DNA of 64,000 bases from Octopus sinensis (Eukaryota): the NCBI RefSeq assembly GCF_006345805.1, contig NC_043004.1:20398001-20462000 (forward strand). Reading direction: 5' to 3'. Position 1 is the stretch's first letter; each line of letters begins with the position of its first letter. Shown here in pieces: positions 25,731 through 39,530 of this stretch. The notes beneath the pieces were generated by a model, which was not told the DNA's origin, did not search any database, and worked only from the letters and a program-made list of their open reading frames with translations. Made by a program: the position numbers and the translations under genes.

Positions 25731-26349
25731 TTAATTTTGGATATAAATATATGTATGTATGTATGTGTATACATTTATAGTATACAATTCTGTTTTGTTG
25801 GTGGGATCAATAAAAAAGTGTATAGCATCCAACAAGAGATAAGTATTATTTAATATAGACAACATTTAAATGTAAGCAACTATAAGTTTCATGCTCAGAT
25901 AGTACAATAGTCAAACAAGCTTAATTAGTGTGCAGTGTACTTTTATGCAATCTTTCAGAATTTGAGCCTGAAAGATTGCATGTTAGTACACAGGCATATG
26001 TTACATGTATGTGTGTGTGTATTAAATGATATATACGATGATGATCATCATTTTAATGCTCATTTTTTCCTGCATGTATCGATCGAACAGAGTTTGTGGA
26101 GGCATTTTTTCTGTGCTTAGAAACCCTTCCACTGGCCAGTCCACACTTGTTTCTAAGCAAGGTAGTTTTTCACAATGGAAATGAACAATGTTGCTTGTAT
26201 TATGATGATGAGGATGATGATGATGCACATTTGCAATCATCATATGATGCCAAGAATAAGTTACACACAAACACCCACTCATATATATACATATGTGACA
26301 GGCTTCTTTTAGTTTCTCTCAACCAAATACACTCACAAGGCTTATAACA

Positions 26350-26560
26350 TTTCTTTTTGAATGTGGTACACGTCAGCAATTTTGAGGATAGGGTGAAGTT
26401 GATTACATCGACCCCAATGTTCAACTGGAATTTATTTTATCAACCCTGAAAAGATGAAAGGCAAAGCTGACCTTGGTGGAATTTGAACTCAAAATGTAAA
26501 AAGCCAGAGAAAAGCTGCTAAGCATTTTGACTAGCATGGTAACAATTCTACCACTTTGCC
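26350..26560 (-). mobile_element. SINE-B, degenerate
   Basis: TCGATTACATCGACCCC...TTTATCAACCCTGAAAAGATGAAAGGCAAAG...GAATTTGAACTCA. Confidence 0.8.
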
Positions 26561-26587
26561 TCTTTAATAATAATAATAACAATAATA

Positions 26588-26928
26588 GGGGGAGACCCCC
26601 TTTGGTCATGAATGACTATGGGATTGTACCTAGAAAGTTACCCTCCGAGGCACAAGTCCAGGCAAGGTTGTTTTGTGGAAGGCTAGCAGTCACCCATGCA
26701 TACCAGCCTCCCCTCTCCACACCACTGATGTTATCCAAGGGAAATACAAAAGCCGATACAGTTTGGCATCAGTGATGTTGCAACTCATTTCTACAGCTGA
26801 GTTAACTGGAGCAACTTGAAATAAAGTGTCTTACTCGAGAACACAATATGCAGCCCGGTCTGGGAATCAAACTCACTGCCTCATGATTGTAAGCTCGACA
26901 CTCTAACCAGTGAGCCATGCACCTTCAC

Positions 26929-26929
<1 letters not shown>
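26588..26929 (-). mobile_element. SINE-D, tRNA-headed, inserted in an (AAT)n tract; fragments at 57547-57668 (+) and about 54140-54300 (-)
   Basis: Sense head TGGCTCACTGGTTAGAG...GAGTTTGATTCCC, then TGTGTTCTCGAGTAAGACACT (CORE-like); AAT repeats on both flanks. Confidence 0.8.
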
Positions 26930-26970
<41 letters not shown>

Positions 26971-27035
26971 TCTCTCTTTATTGGCCAAAAGGGCTGCATA
27001 CAAAACACAAAGGACAGTGGATGTTTACATAAAGC

Positions 27036-27217
27036 ACATCATCATCAACGTCATCATCATTTAACAGCCGTTGCCCATGTTGGCATGGGTTAGATGGTTT
27101 AACCAGGGCTGGTAAGCTGGAAGGCCATGCCAGACTCCAATCTGATTTGGCATAGTTTCTACTGCTAGATGCCCTTCCTAATGCCAACAATAGACAATGA
27201 AACAGTAACATAAATGA

Positions 27218-27250
<33 letters not shown>

Positions 27251-27727
27251 AAGAGAGAGAATAAAAGAGAGAGAGGTAGAGAGTTGTAGGCTCATGAGTG
27301 GTTACTTTCCAATATATTTTCACATTGAGAACAGTTGTACAACAGAGATATCATGTTTGCCTCTCCTGTCAGCAATTTATAATGTAGCTTGTTGGTTCCG
27401 AAATACTATGACAATTCTAGTACCTTACTAGAAAATAAGTAAAAGCTGATCACAAGAAGGGTATCTGGTTACACAATAGAATACTGCCTCGACAAGTCAT
27501 GTCCAACACGCACCAATATGGAAAAAGTGGGTTGTAAAAATAATGATGATGGAGATTAAGAAGGGGAGTTCTAAAATTTAGCTTTAGCAGTTCTGGTCAA
27601 GTTTCACATCATCATCATCATCATTTAGCGTCCGCTTTCCATGCTAGCATGGGTTGGACGGTTCAACTGGCGTCTGGGAAGCCCGAAGGCTGCACCAGGC
27701 CCAGTCTGATCTGGCAATGTTTCTACA
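27036..27727 (-). mobile_element. Two RTE-tail fragments (27036-27190 and 27608-27727)
   Basis: (CAT)n + CCATG.TGGCATGGGTT.GA.GG...CCAGACTCCAATCTGA..TGGCA. Confidence 0.8.
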
Positions 27728-30039
27728 TAATGTAGATATTTTAAAACTTCTAGCCTTTGCAGTCTTAACTGAGAAAAATCTATTCTGTTATTTTAAATCA
27801 AGCTCCTTATCATCTGATTTTGTTATGATTTAGACCTAAGTCAATATCGAGCAAATATATCAAAGGTAATGTATTTGATCAGAGATCTTGAGTTGAAGCT
27901 AAAATGATTGCTGCACGGAAGACACATAATAGCTACTCAGAAATGCACAAAGACTGTTAACTTCATTTAAACATTTATTATTTGTCATATGGTGTCAAAA
28001 TTGTCATAGCATGAATGACATCAGAAAGGAAAATTCTAATGTTTAAGTGGAACGAACATTATATGTGTGCTCTCAAATGGCTAACACATATCTTTCACAA
28101 TGCAATAATATTAAATGTTTGCTTTCTTAAAGATGACGTGGTTTGATTTGAAAGAGACTCAGTTGTTGTTCCTAGTAGTTCAGCCACCATCTAGAGGCTT
28201 CTTCATTTTGTGACAATTGAAGTTATTTATTAAAATTTATTAATACTGAACAGCCTCCAGTGGAAATATTGATTTGTTAGTTTTGGAGGTTTATTGATCA
28301 TGTTCTTGATCTGACTAGGGGTGGGTCAGAATAAATGGGTGGATAAGGATAACTTTAACTGGGATAGATAGGGATATGTGGACAGTGTTAGTGTAGTTAA
28401 TGCTGACATGTGAAATTACAAGTCAGGAATTGGAAAGAAATGAGTTGGCAGTGATTTACAACAGGATATAGTTCCAATTAGATAGACATTTTAGTGTAAA
28501 CTGGTTGAATAAATATACAGAAGGGAGAAAATGGATAGATTATACCAAGGATTGGACACATTTAAAATATGGTAAGCATATAAGGATAACACAAAGAAGA
28601 CTAAGATGGTGATCTATGGTATTGAACCTGCTGTGAGCAAATAATGCCTGGTGATTGTTAGTGGTCATCAATTGTGGTAATGATGATAGTTAAGGGGAAT
28701 TCAAAGTAGCAGTAGAACTTAGAGATACAAATTATTGGAGGCTTAAGTATTTTTCTCATTCTGAAGAAGAAGGCTTTTTTTTTGTGTGTGTGCGTGTTGC
28801 AGCTTTGGCTATGTTAATGATGTTTGAATCCCTAAAAGAGATAATTTGTAATGGTAATAACTAGCATTTTTAGCACCTTGATGGATTTACTTGCATGCTG
28901 TTCTTGCTTTAGAGATATGAGATACAATATAGTTTTCTTATATTTTGTGGGTTTTACTTTTATAATATTGAAACTGCCATGGTGCGCTAAACCCCATTGA
29001 ACGATGTCAAGTATCTTATCTGTTCTCTCATTGTTTTAGAATTAACAAGTAATTAAGATGAGATGGAGCATACCAAATTACCAAATATAAAGTTTAAAGT
29101 TTGGAATGGAATTTTTAACATTTGAATTGTAAAAAGAAAAATCTAACAAGGAAACATAATGATATTAGCATTTGAAATTTGTTCTTAATTGTTTTGTTTT
29201 AATTCTAAAAACTTAGCTTTAAGTTTTTATCTATTTTGTATGCTGTAAGTTTCTGTCTGAAATGTGACTTTAAAAACAACTTTAAGATGAGGAGAATCAA
29301 AAAAGGTTGACTTGTTTAAGTTTTAAAGTAGCTACTATAAACTTATAGATCATTTACTATGATGCAGTACAACAACTATTTACTGTGGTGAAATATATTT
29401 CTTATGATATTCATGGACAGACAGATGAGCTAATGCACTGAGAATAAATTGTCTTACTAAGAAATACTGCTAAGAAAATCTAAATTATTGACTTTTATAA
29501 TGGTAGTTCAACACCCAATTGATTAAGCCAGTTTATACTATCCAGATATTCAATGTAAATTATTAGAAAATCTGATGTCTTAATCACTCTGTTATAGGCA
29601 TGATATATGATATCAGAAGTATAAATACGATATATATTTGATTAAGGTCTATATTGATGTTTGAAGAGAAATTGGTTCTGATATGTTATTAGTTCACACT
29701 TTATCACCTTTTATAAATGGATCCAGGCATGGCCCTGTGGGTAAAAGGTCTACTTCACATCAATATAATATCTAAACGTGTATGTGTGTATGTATTCCAC
29801 TGATGTATGTCATTAAAAATTCCCTTGGAAACCAGTGCTTTAGAAACAAAATCACAGATATTTATTTTGTATCAAGCTGCAGACATCCTTGTCAGTCTCA
29901 CTGGTAGAAACACAGAACCAGTGATTGAGCCATTAGAAACTTGTAGGGAATCAATGATTGATCTGTTGGTAACCTTTAATTAATAACTCTATTGTTCACC
30001 AACTGTAATGAAAAGTACATAAGTTATATCATCCTTTCT

Positions 30040-30472
30040 ATTACAGGCACAAGGCCTGAAATTTGGGGGAGGGGGATAGTCGATTACATTGACCCCAGTA
30101 CTCAATTGGTTCTTAATTTATCGACCCTGAAAGGATGGAAGGTAATGTCGACCTTGTCAGAATTTGAACTCAGAATGTAGCGATGGACGAAATACAGCTA
30201 AGTATTCGTCTGGTGTGCTTATGATGCTTATTTCTTTATTGCCCACAAGGGGCTAAACATAGAGGGGACAAACAAGCACAGACAAAGGGATTAAGTCGAT
30301 TACATCAACCCTAGTGCATAACTGGTACTTAATTTATTGACCCCGAAAGGATGAAAGGCAAAGTCGACCTCGGTGGAATATGATCTCAGAACGTAGCAGT
30401 AGACAAAATACCGCTAAGCATTTCACCCAGCGTGCTCGCTTTTCTGCCATAATTCTGCCAGCTCGCCACCTT
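30040..30472 (-). mobile_element. Two tandem SINE-B copies (30040-30220 head-truncated; 30227-30472 full-length)
   Basis: Sense AAGGTGGCGAGCTGGCAGAA...GCCTTTCATCCTTTCGGGGTC.ATAAATTAAGTACCAG...CCCCTTGTGGGCAATAAAGAAATAAG. Confidence 0.9.
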
Positions 30473-31179
30473 CTACATAAGTTATAATAAACACGATACA
30501 TGTTTTCTAAATTTTCTAAATGCAAAAGTGCAGCTATTATGTAGTAAATATCTCTGTTCACTATTTCTTCTGAAACTCCCTAGCTTCAAGGCCACATTTT
30601 TCTATAGAGGGTGAATGTGACTGAAAAGGAATTGTTTATACTGACCACAGTATTGGACCGATGCTTATCTCATTGACTTCAGGAAAGATGAAAGGAAAAG
30701 TTGAACTCAACAGGAATGGAAGTCTGAAAGGAAAGAGTCATATCTATAATACTAAAAGGTATCTTGTTTACCTCCTTACCAAGCCAGCAACAGCCTGTAA
30801 CCTGCTAAAAATAGCAAGAGCAATAGAGATGCTGACAAATGTTAGCAAAACTACTTGATTATGGTTGGGTTATCTTTACCAAATAGAAAAATGTCAATAA
30901 ACACTTTCTTCTCCTCATTGAGCTAAAGAACACATTACAACAGAAGAGAAGAGGTAGCATAAACATTTTGATCGACATACAGAAAATAATTTTGGACATG
31001 GATTTAAAGACATTTCATTTCAGGCTATCTTAAAGCTAGTGACTCAAATTCATAATCGACCTTTTAACTAAGCTATTAGCTGGGATTTTTTTTTTTTGTG
31101 TGTGTGTGTGTCCGTGTAAGTAGTTTACATGATAGATAATTCCAACATGCAGATACTGAAAGCAGTATGCGACTTAGCT

Positions 31180-31540
31180 AAAGAATTACTTTATTCTACT
31201 AGCACTGGCTCAGCTGCTACTTGAATGGCTTCTATACATTTGAACTTGTTTATACTCTTGTTATCATTGAGATAACATTATTCTCATATATGAGACACGG
31301 CTAGTTTCATGCATTCGAACTTCTGACACTGTATTCAAAAATTTGCCCGAAGCTATTTGTCAACAAGCTACATCCTCTGATCTGTTCCCTCTGTCTATTC
31401 TACCACTACAACAGTGATTTCTCCTTTGAGCCGGTTGGTCTAGTGCCACCTCCACTCAGTTCCTTTCAACTCCATTTATGTCATCCTTTTATTACTCCTA
31501 TTGCATGTCCACTAACCAGGCCCTGTTCTATCCACTGTGC
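31180..31540 (+). mobile_element. CR1/L2-type LINE relic
   Basis: SLCLFYHYNSDFSFEPVGLVPPPL (cf. LFYRYYxGxCSxEL..LVP). Confidence 0.5.
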
Positions 31541-32323
31541 TGAGCAAGACTACAGTTTAGTTACTGAAACTGGTAAAAAAAAAACATAAAATAATATATT
31601 TAAGCAAATGTAATGAAATCTGAAATAATAACATTTTGATTGTTGATAAACACAACTGTGCTGGCCTGCAATTGGCTATCATCATTTGCCCTTAAAGATT
31701 AACTGAAACCAATTGTTCAGAAATAATTAAAATAGTGAAATATTTCATTAAACAACAGTTTCATTGAAATTTTTATATTTGGAAAGCAAATGGATAATTT
31801 CCAGACAGTTCTACATGGAAATTGACTTAGGATATAATTTTCTTTTAGAATGTATAACAATCATAGCTTAAAACAATCATTAATTCATTGTTTACTTTCT
31901 ATTAATATCCCAAACTGAAAGTAAATTTCCATTTAATAGCAAACAAAGTATTTCCTGAATATCTGTGGAAATAAAAGACAAAATTATGAAATATATATTT
32001 TGTTATTCTATTTATGAGAAAATAAAAGTAATTTATTATATATTTATTTTCACTCCGTTTAAATTGTTTTAAGTATTCACCTCAAATTATAAGATAATTA
32101 TGCAAATCTGATTTTGTATTATCTTCTAGAAAGCTAGAAGTATAGAAATATATATTGCTTGTGGGAAGTATCTCATTGTATAAAGATATGTAACAGGTAG
32201 TATGTAGAGACATATTTAGTGGTATAAAGGTTAACCAGTGGTATATAGATATATTGAATAGTGGCAGATATATCCAGTATTATATAACATGAGTAGTGAT
32301 ATGTAGAGATATAACTAATTATA

Positions 32324-32628
32324 TGTGGAAGCTCATGGCCCAGTGGTTAGAGCAGTGGACTCATGGTCAAGGGATTGTGGGTTCGAATCTTAAACCGAGC
32401 GATGTGTGTGTTTATGAGCAAAAACACCTAAGCTTCACACGGCTCCGGCAGAAGGTAATGGCAAACTTCTGCTGACTCTTTTGCCACAACTTTCTCTCAC
32501 TCTTTCCTCCTGCATCTTGCAGCTCACCGGCGACGGACCGGCATCCCATCCAGGTGGGGAACCTATATGCCAAAAAACTGGGAAACTGGCCCTTATGAGC
32601 CAGGCATGGCTCAAGAAGGAACAACAAC
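32324..32628 (+). mobile_element. SINE-E, tRNA-headed with V-domain-like centre, single young copy
   Basis: A-box TGGCCCAGTGG, B-box GGTTCGAATCT; GCGACGGACCGGCATCCCATCCAGG resembles the V-SINE motif as recalled; (AAC)n tail. Confidence 0.75.
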
Positions 32629-32655
32629 TACTGACTGAGGTATAGATATATCTAG

Positions 32656-32692
<37 letters not shown>

Positions 32693-32736
32693 TATATCTA
32701 GGAATATGTATATATATACATATAGATATATCTAGA

Positions 32737-32780
<44 letters not shown>

Positions 32781-33498
32781 TATATAGATATATCTAGGAA
32801 TATGTATATATATATATATAATTAGCATGTCTTAATATAGCTGTTGGTAGGTAGAGATATATCCAGATATATGTGTAGCTGATATGTCATGTTTGAAGTT
32901 TGAACCCTTGTTTTTATTATATACAGTCTACCTGCTGGACCAATTTACTTTCTTAAGTACCACTAAAATATATACCTGTAAATCATGATGTTGCTTCTGA
33001 GTAAACATTTTTTAACCCCAGGAGATAACCCAGAGAGGGGCAAAGAGAATTATAACACCTCTGCTTACAAATGGATTGAAGTGGACTGAAGCTTCCTTCA
33101 TGTCAAATAGTTCGACAGACTCTTCAGGAAATATCATTAAAAGTTCTCTCAATTGTAAAAAGCAAAAAGTTATGGCACTGTCTTCTGTACACTTACAACT
33201 GATGACACTGTTGAAACACAGGCTGAAATTATCAGACAGGCTTCTGATTATTTATTTTGTGTCTCAGTACATAGCTTAAAGATGTACAGTAGTCACAATA
33301 AGTGACACTGAACATGATAGAGATAATGACAACTTTTGTGTTATAGTATGTGGGAGCAGTCAAAGCTGGCTTAGCAACAAAATGACGTCAAAATGGATTT
33401 GCATCTCCCAATGACACTCAAAAACCAGAGAACTGAGTTCAGTAAAATACACAAAGACAAAGAGCATGAGATTGATGGTACCATGAGATTGATGGTAA

Positions 33499-33732
33499 AG
33501 GTGGTGAGCTGGCAGAAACGTTAGCACGCAGGGCGAAATGCTTAGCAGTATTTTATATGTCGCTATGTTCTGAGTTCAAATTCCGCCGAGGTCGACTTTA
33601 CGTTTCATCCTTTCGAGGTCGATTAAATAAGTACCAGTTACGCACTGGGGTCGATATAATCGACTTAATCCGTCCGTCTGTCCTTGTTTGTCCCCTCTGT
33701 GTTTAGCCCCTTGTGGGTAGTAAAGAAATAGG
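33499..33732 (+). mobile_element. SINE-B, full-length young copy
   Basis: Head GGTGAGCTGGCAGAA...GAGTTCAAATTCC (B-box-like); centre TTTCATCCTTTCGAGGTCGATTAAATAAGTACCAG; tail AGTAAAGAAATAGG; 17-bp tandem duplication immediately 5'. Confidence 0.92.
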
Positions 33733-34779
33733 TACCAGGTTGAATGTCTGTCAGAGTAAAAGTTACCTTAGAGCTGAATTCTTTGAGGATGGTTTCTGGT
33801 TTTATCATCAACTATAATCAGTGTTCTTTACTTCCAACATCCGCAGGTTTGCTGCATGAATTTGCCATGTAATTCTTATTTCCATTTATTGCTCTGATGT
33901 TCTTCCTTCTGTTCTTGAATTCTCCTACTGCTTCAGTAACTTTTTCAATAATTTTAGCTGCTGATAGTATTCTTTTTTTTCATTACATACAAGATAAACT
34001 TTCAAACTCAGTATCACAATACTGATGATGTCTTTTTCGTTGGTAGAGCCTGTTGATATGACAGTTAGGATAGTATGCATTGAGAGCAGCTACCTAGTTA
34101 TATTTAATCCCTGGAGCTCTGTCTTTGTGATACTAGGATAGCTGGTGTATTTATTACTTTGATGATATTCCCTCCATTTTATTTTGTTTAGAGCCACTTC
34201 TTAAATCTTCACTTGAGCTCTCTGGAAAGTTTTCTCCATCACTAGGATAATATTATCCTATCACTATTATTATTACTTCTATTATCCTATTATCATCACT
34301 TCTATTATCCTCTCACTAGGTTAAGTACCTAGTGGTACTTGTAACACTAGGTACTTATCAGCAGCAATCTAATGATATTGTCTTGTGAAAATTTTACACC
34401 ATCAGAGCTTATCTTTTGGTCTCTCTTCATAATTAACATTGTATACTTATTTACCCAAACTACTTCCCAATCTCCTTGCTATATACTCTTACTGTTTGGA
34501 TTAGCGAATCTGGTGTTTTTTAAACATTTTGTTTATTGTCTGAGGTCATCCATATGTCATAGGTGATACATTTTCCCCTTCCTTTTGGTAAACTTCTAAG
34601 TAGGCCTAAATTTTTACAGTATACTTGTCAGATGATTTAACTCAATGATAGAAAGTAATAGAAAAATGTTTTCTTGGACTATACTCCTGTAGATTTTCAT
34701 ATTGCTTAATGATTCATTTCCACTTCATGCAATTTCATTACTTTGTCTATAAAAAGCCGCTTATTTTTTCATTGATTCT

Positions 34780-34960
34780 AAACACTTCCAGGCACCCCAA
34801 GAGCCAGAAGTGTGGTACACCGTCATAAGCCTTCTTGTCGTCTATCCCACCAACAGCTAAGCTCCTTATTTGTATCCTATTTAATATCATACTATCAACA
34901 TAGAGCAGAGGAGCTGTTTACCTTCACTTCTTTCTGCATCTCATCTGTTGCTCAGACAAT
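34780..34960 (-). mobile_element. R4/Dong-like non-LTR retrotransposon RT relic
   Basis: RSLAVGGIDDKKAYDGVPHFWLLGCLEVF (cf. NLxMAWIDYKKAYDxVPHSWILECL), preceded by an EQ.RCRK...-like motif. Confidence 0.7.
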
Positions 34961-35207
34961 AAACTCTCTTTCTTCAGCTATGAGGCTAGACTAAGTATGA
35001 AATAGATTTATAATTGCTGACTAAATCTCTCAGCACTCCATTTCTCAGTAAGTAATGGTCATATATGGCTGGCAAAAAGGGAGTGTTAGATATCTGCAGA
35101 AGTGAGGGGGGAGAGAATGCTGGGCAAAATTAAGTGAGAGGAGGGCAGAGGTAGAGGGCACAAGATTTAACACGACAATGAGATGTTATTGTTATTATTA
35201 ATATTAT

Positions 35208-35640
35208 GAAGGTGACTAGCTGGCGGAATTGTGAGCTTGCCAGGCAAAATGCTTAGCGGTATTTTGTGTCTTTATTTTCTGAGTTCAAATTCCCCCAAGG
35301 TCATCTTTGCCTTTCATCCTTTTGAGGTTGATGAAATAAGTACCAGTTGAGCACTACAGTCAATGTAATCGATTAGAATGCTGGATTTGTGCTGAAATTT
35401 GAAACCATTATCATTGTTATGATTAAGGTGGCAAGCTAATACAATCATTAGTATGTCAGGTAAAATGTTTAGTGGCCTTTCATTTAGCTTTACATTCAAA
35501 GTTCAAATGCTACCAAAGTTGACTTTATCTTTCATCCTTTTGGGTTGATGAAATAAGAGCTAACCATGAATTGGAAGGTGGGTGATGTAACTGATCAACC
35601 CTCTCTCACTAAAAAGTTTCGAGCTTTTAGTAGGAAAAAA
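35208..35640 (+). mobile_element. Two tandem degenerate SINE-B copies
   Basis: GAGTTCAAATTCC...TTTGCCTTTCATCCTTTTGAGGTTGATGAAATAAGTACCAG twice. Confidence 0.8.
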
Positions 35641-37454
35641 TTACTGTTATTTTTCTATAACTTAGTGATCTCTCATGCTTATTATAATTTAGTGAGCTGG
35701 CATGTTGGACAAAATGCTTAGCATTTCTTCCAGCTCTTTGTGTTCCTGGGTTCAAATCCTGTTATGGTTGACTTTGCAAATTACAGGTTTTCTGTCATTA
35801 AACACTTGTTTAACACCATTGTTAGGTTTATGAAGCATTTAGGGTCTGGTCATTAAGTGCAGGATAACTTTCTTCTTTCCTCTTACTAGTTTCAAAGATC
35901 CTGATAAAATGTCAAGGATATTGCTCTTCTGACTAATAAATAAAAAGATACCTTGTAAACATACACGCACAAATCAAAAACAATTTGTTTCGACAAATTT
36001 AATTACAGTTTCACACCTTTCCAAAAAATATCTATTAATATTTAAAAGTGATTGAAAATCACTGCTGAACAGATTTTCCCAGTTGATAGTTGGATTTTTT
36101 TGCTGAGATATGTAATCTAGCTAATATATTGCAAACCATATTCGTTGGCATTTCTAGTCGAACAATACTGACATATACAATTGTTACACTCTATAACAGG
36201 CATCTATGAAACAATTGATATTATATCAATTCACATGTAGAGCTATCATACCAATGACAGCATAAAGTGGTTACATTTGTAGTATTGAATAGATAGGATT
36301 GTTTCAGCACAGACAGCTGTTAATGTATATTTCTCCTCACCTGAAAGAAGAAAAAAACCAAAATTGAAGTTTGAGTAATTACTGAAGCTGATGAAAGATC
36401 TGAACATATGTGTATGAAATGTTTCAAGGAAATATCACTAAACTTATACTAGAGTTAGTTAAGTCAACTGAAAGTTATTTAGATAACTTTATTCAATATT
36501 CCTAACATTATTTAACAACCTTTCTGCTATGTTGCAAATGGATAAAAGAAGCTGAAAAAACATCTTTACATATGTCTAATCTTAGCTCATTGGTTGGTTA
36601 ACTATATAAAATACGTTAGAAAAACAAATATACAGAAGTAAGCTAATGTAGAATATAGCATACTGTTTATTGTTATGATAGGCCACATTGAAATCTAAAA
36701 TGTCTACTTTCAAATCTGTAACTTAGCTGTATATGAATGGCAAATTAACTGAAATTTCAGGGCACAAGACAAACTGTCTTGTAGTTTTTGTTTTACATCT
36801 CTGCAATCTGAGTTCAAATCCCACAGACACTGACTTTGCTTCTTGTCATTTTGGAAATTATCAAAATCGCACACTTTACCATTCCACAGTTGTGGACAGG
36901 TGACGTTGTTTGCACATTGGATGGGATACCTTAGAGTATTTGTTCTGGTGTCTTTTTTGCATTCTTAGTTTTGGGTATATAATCTAACTAGATGAATGAT
37001 TCTTAGGTAATCTCTCATTTGGTTTAACACTTCTAACCTGTTCGTTGGCTACCTTTAGTAGAGGTCATGCTTTTGTTGTAAGCATTCATTCTAAGTCTCT
37101 GGTTTAACAATAACTTTCTCCTACCAGTTTTGGGGGATCTGAAAATATAAGTGGTCAGGGGCAGAAACAAGAGCAGTGCCCTTCATTCTTTGACTAAAGA
37201 GTGGAAAAAAAAAGGATATAGTATACTAACAACAACAACAAAGTCAATAGAAATAAAGCAGCAGGCAAAACACACCATCAAATATTGTAAAGAAAATCTA
37301 AATGTAGAGAATATATTTATGCATTGTTGATGCTAGTGTTAAGATTGACCAAATCAAATATACAGGAAGTGGAAACTGGTAGTATGTGACAGTTAACAGG
37401 TCAATAATATTTCACATATTTCTTAGACTACATCTAATAAACAATAGTTAAGTT

Positions 37455-37910
37455 AATGATGGTTTCAAATTTTGGCAGAAGGACAGCAATTTCAGTGGGG
37501 TGGGGTTGTAGTTGATTAGATCGACCATAGTACTCAACTGATACTTATTTTATCAACCCTGAAAGGGTGAAAAGCAATGTCGACCTCAGCAGAATCTGAA
37601 CTCAGAACATCATGCCAGAAGGAATGCTGTGAAGTATTTTTCCTCATGTACTAACAATTTTGCCCACTTGCCACTCTTAGCTAAAATATTTTATAAGGCA
37701 GCGAGCAGGCAGAAACATTATCCTGCTGGGCAAAGTGCTAAGCGGTATTTCATGTCTTTACGTTCTGAGTTCAAATTCTGCCAAGGTCGACTTTGCTTTT
37801 CATTCTTTTGGGGTTGATAAATTAGGTACCAGTTGTAACTGAGGTTGATCTAATCAACTGGCTCTCTCCTCCAAAATTTCGGGCCTTGTGCCTAGAATAG
37901 AAAAGAATAT
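37455..37910. mobile_element. Head-to-head inverted pair of SINE-B copies (37455-37675 minus; 37696-37910 plus)
   Basis: Same family motifs on opposite strands, about 20 bp apart. Confidence 0.8.
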
Positions 37911-38550
37911 TAACATATTAAATTAAATATTAATTAGGAATATTTATATGGTGAGGAAAAGATCATATTAGCTGAATCAGAAATATCATTTGAATCAAAA
38001 TATGCATGTTTTGGTTTTATTAAAGTTCCTCCATGAAATATAGAGTGCACTGTACTTCACTGAAGTAATAATGAGAGAATCAGTGAAGTAAAGTAATGAA
38101 TGGAAGTAGGCATAAATTATAAAGTGAAATTAAGAGAATAAATTATTCAAAGATGTCATCTGAATGAGAAACAATATTTAAGCTGGAGTTTAACCATGAT
38201 TAATGCAGTGAACATTAAAGTTAATCAGAAATAATGACAAAAATAAATATATTCTAATTATTGTGGCAAATATTTAAAATAGATATTAGTCTGAGTCTAG
38301 TGAGAAAACACAGATATTGTCAACTTTTATTGAAGTCAAAATAGTTACTTACAGACAGTACTTTGATTGATCTGGTAGACATAGCAACAAGATGTCCCTT
38401 AAATCACACACTAGAGTACTGAATAAAGAAGGATGCATTGAATAATGTTGATCCTGGTTTGTAAAAAGACATGGGTGGTCATCACAGTTCACAAGATTGG
38501 AACTGACCTAGCACTAAGCAACAACAAATGATGGAATACTCTCTCTTTTC

Positions 38551-38924
38551 TCTTTTACTCTTTTACTTATTTCAGTCATGTGACTGTGGCCATGCTGGAG
38601 CACTGCATCTAGTCGAGCAAATCGACCCCAGGACTTATTCTTTGTAAGCCTATTACTTATTCTATCGGTCTCTTTTGCTGAACAGCTAAGTTACGGGGAC
38701 GTAAACACACCAGCATCAGTTGTCAAACACAGACACACATACATATATATATACATATATACGACGGGCTTCTTTCAGTTTCTGTCTACTAAATCCACTC
38801 ACAAGAATTTAGTCGGCCTGACGCTATAGTAGAAGACACTTGCCCAAAGTGCCATGCAGTGGGACTGAACCCGGAACCATGTGGTTCTGAAGCAAGCTAC
38901 TTACCACACAGCCACTCCTACACC
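38551..38924 (-). mobile_element. SINE-A, full-length
   Basis: Collinear with 18087-18486. Confidence 0.92.
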
Positions 38925-39259
38925 TGTGTTGCAAGACTAACTTTAATGAATGTATTTTTAGTTTTAATGTCTTTAATCATTGCATTACAAGATTTCTAAT
39001 AAAATATTCAGTCAATGAGTTTCAGTTAACTTTGGAAAAAGTCAAGAGGGGAAGAGATTTTTGCTAAGATAACTAATTCCTTCAGAATTAATTTAGCATT
39101 TAGTGCATATCTAAACAAAAAAAGATGATTTCACATAATAATAAAGTTTGAATTTAGTCAGTTAATTAGAATTGTTTGAGCATAGGACAAAAATTTATGG
39201 TATTTGTCCGGCTTCCTTGCACTCTGAGTCCAAATGACTCCATTGCCAGCATCAATTTT

Positions 39260-39530
39260 CTTCTTCTTCATCATCATCATTGTCATTGTTATCATGGTCT
39301 TTTAACATCCATTTTACCTACTAGCATGGGTGGGATGGTTTGACAGAAGCTGGTCAGCCAGAGAGCTCTCCAGACATCAATTGTCTGATTTGGCATAATT
39401 TCTATGGCTGGATGCCCTTCCTAACACCAACCACTTTACATAGTGTGCTAGGTGCTTCTAATGTGCCACCAGCACATTCATGTAGCAATGGCATCAATGC
39501 ATTTTACATGGCACTGGCACAAATGCATCT
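39260..39530 (-). mobile_element. RTE-tail fragment, degenerate
   Basis: TAGCATGGGTGGGATGG...GGATGCCCTTCCTAACACCAACCAC. Confidence 0.75.

Noticed and set aside
28250-28750. G-rich strand-biased segment suggestive of a LINE relic
   Set aside because: No diagnostic protein motif could be recovered
32324-32400. tRNA genes (also the heads of SINE-A, -B and -D)
   Set aside because: A/B-box-like motifs are present, but there is no complete cloverleaf and each continues into a SINE body
33069-33222. Possible minus-strand host exon (TTTCAG acceptor, GTAAGC donor, open frame LCFNSVISCKCTEDSAITFCFLQLRELLMIFPEESVELFDMKEASVHFNPF)
   Set aside because: No recognisable homology, and stop-free stretches of this length are expected by chance many times in six frames of 64 kb; needs RNA-seq or tblastn
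33197-33225. CTGATGA...GAAAC hammerhead-like words; also 59243-59275 and 54581
   Set aside because: 33197 lacks stem II pairing and a cleavage triplet; 59243 has two core mutations and no stem III; 54581 has no GAAA partner
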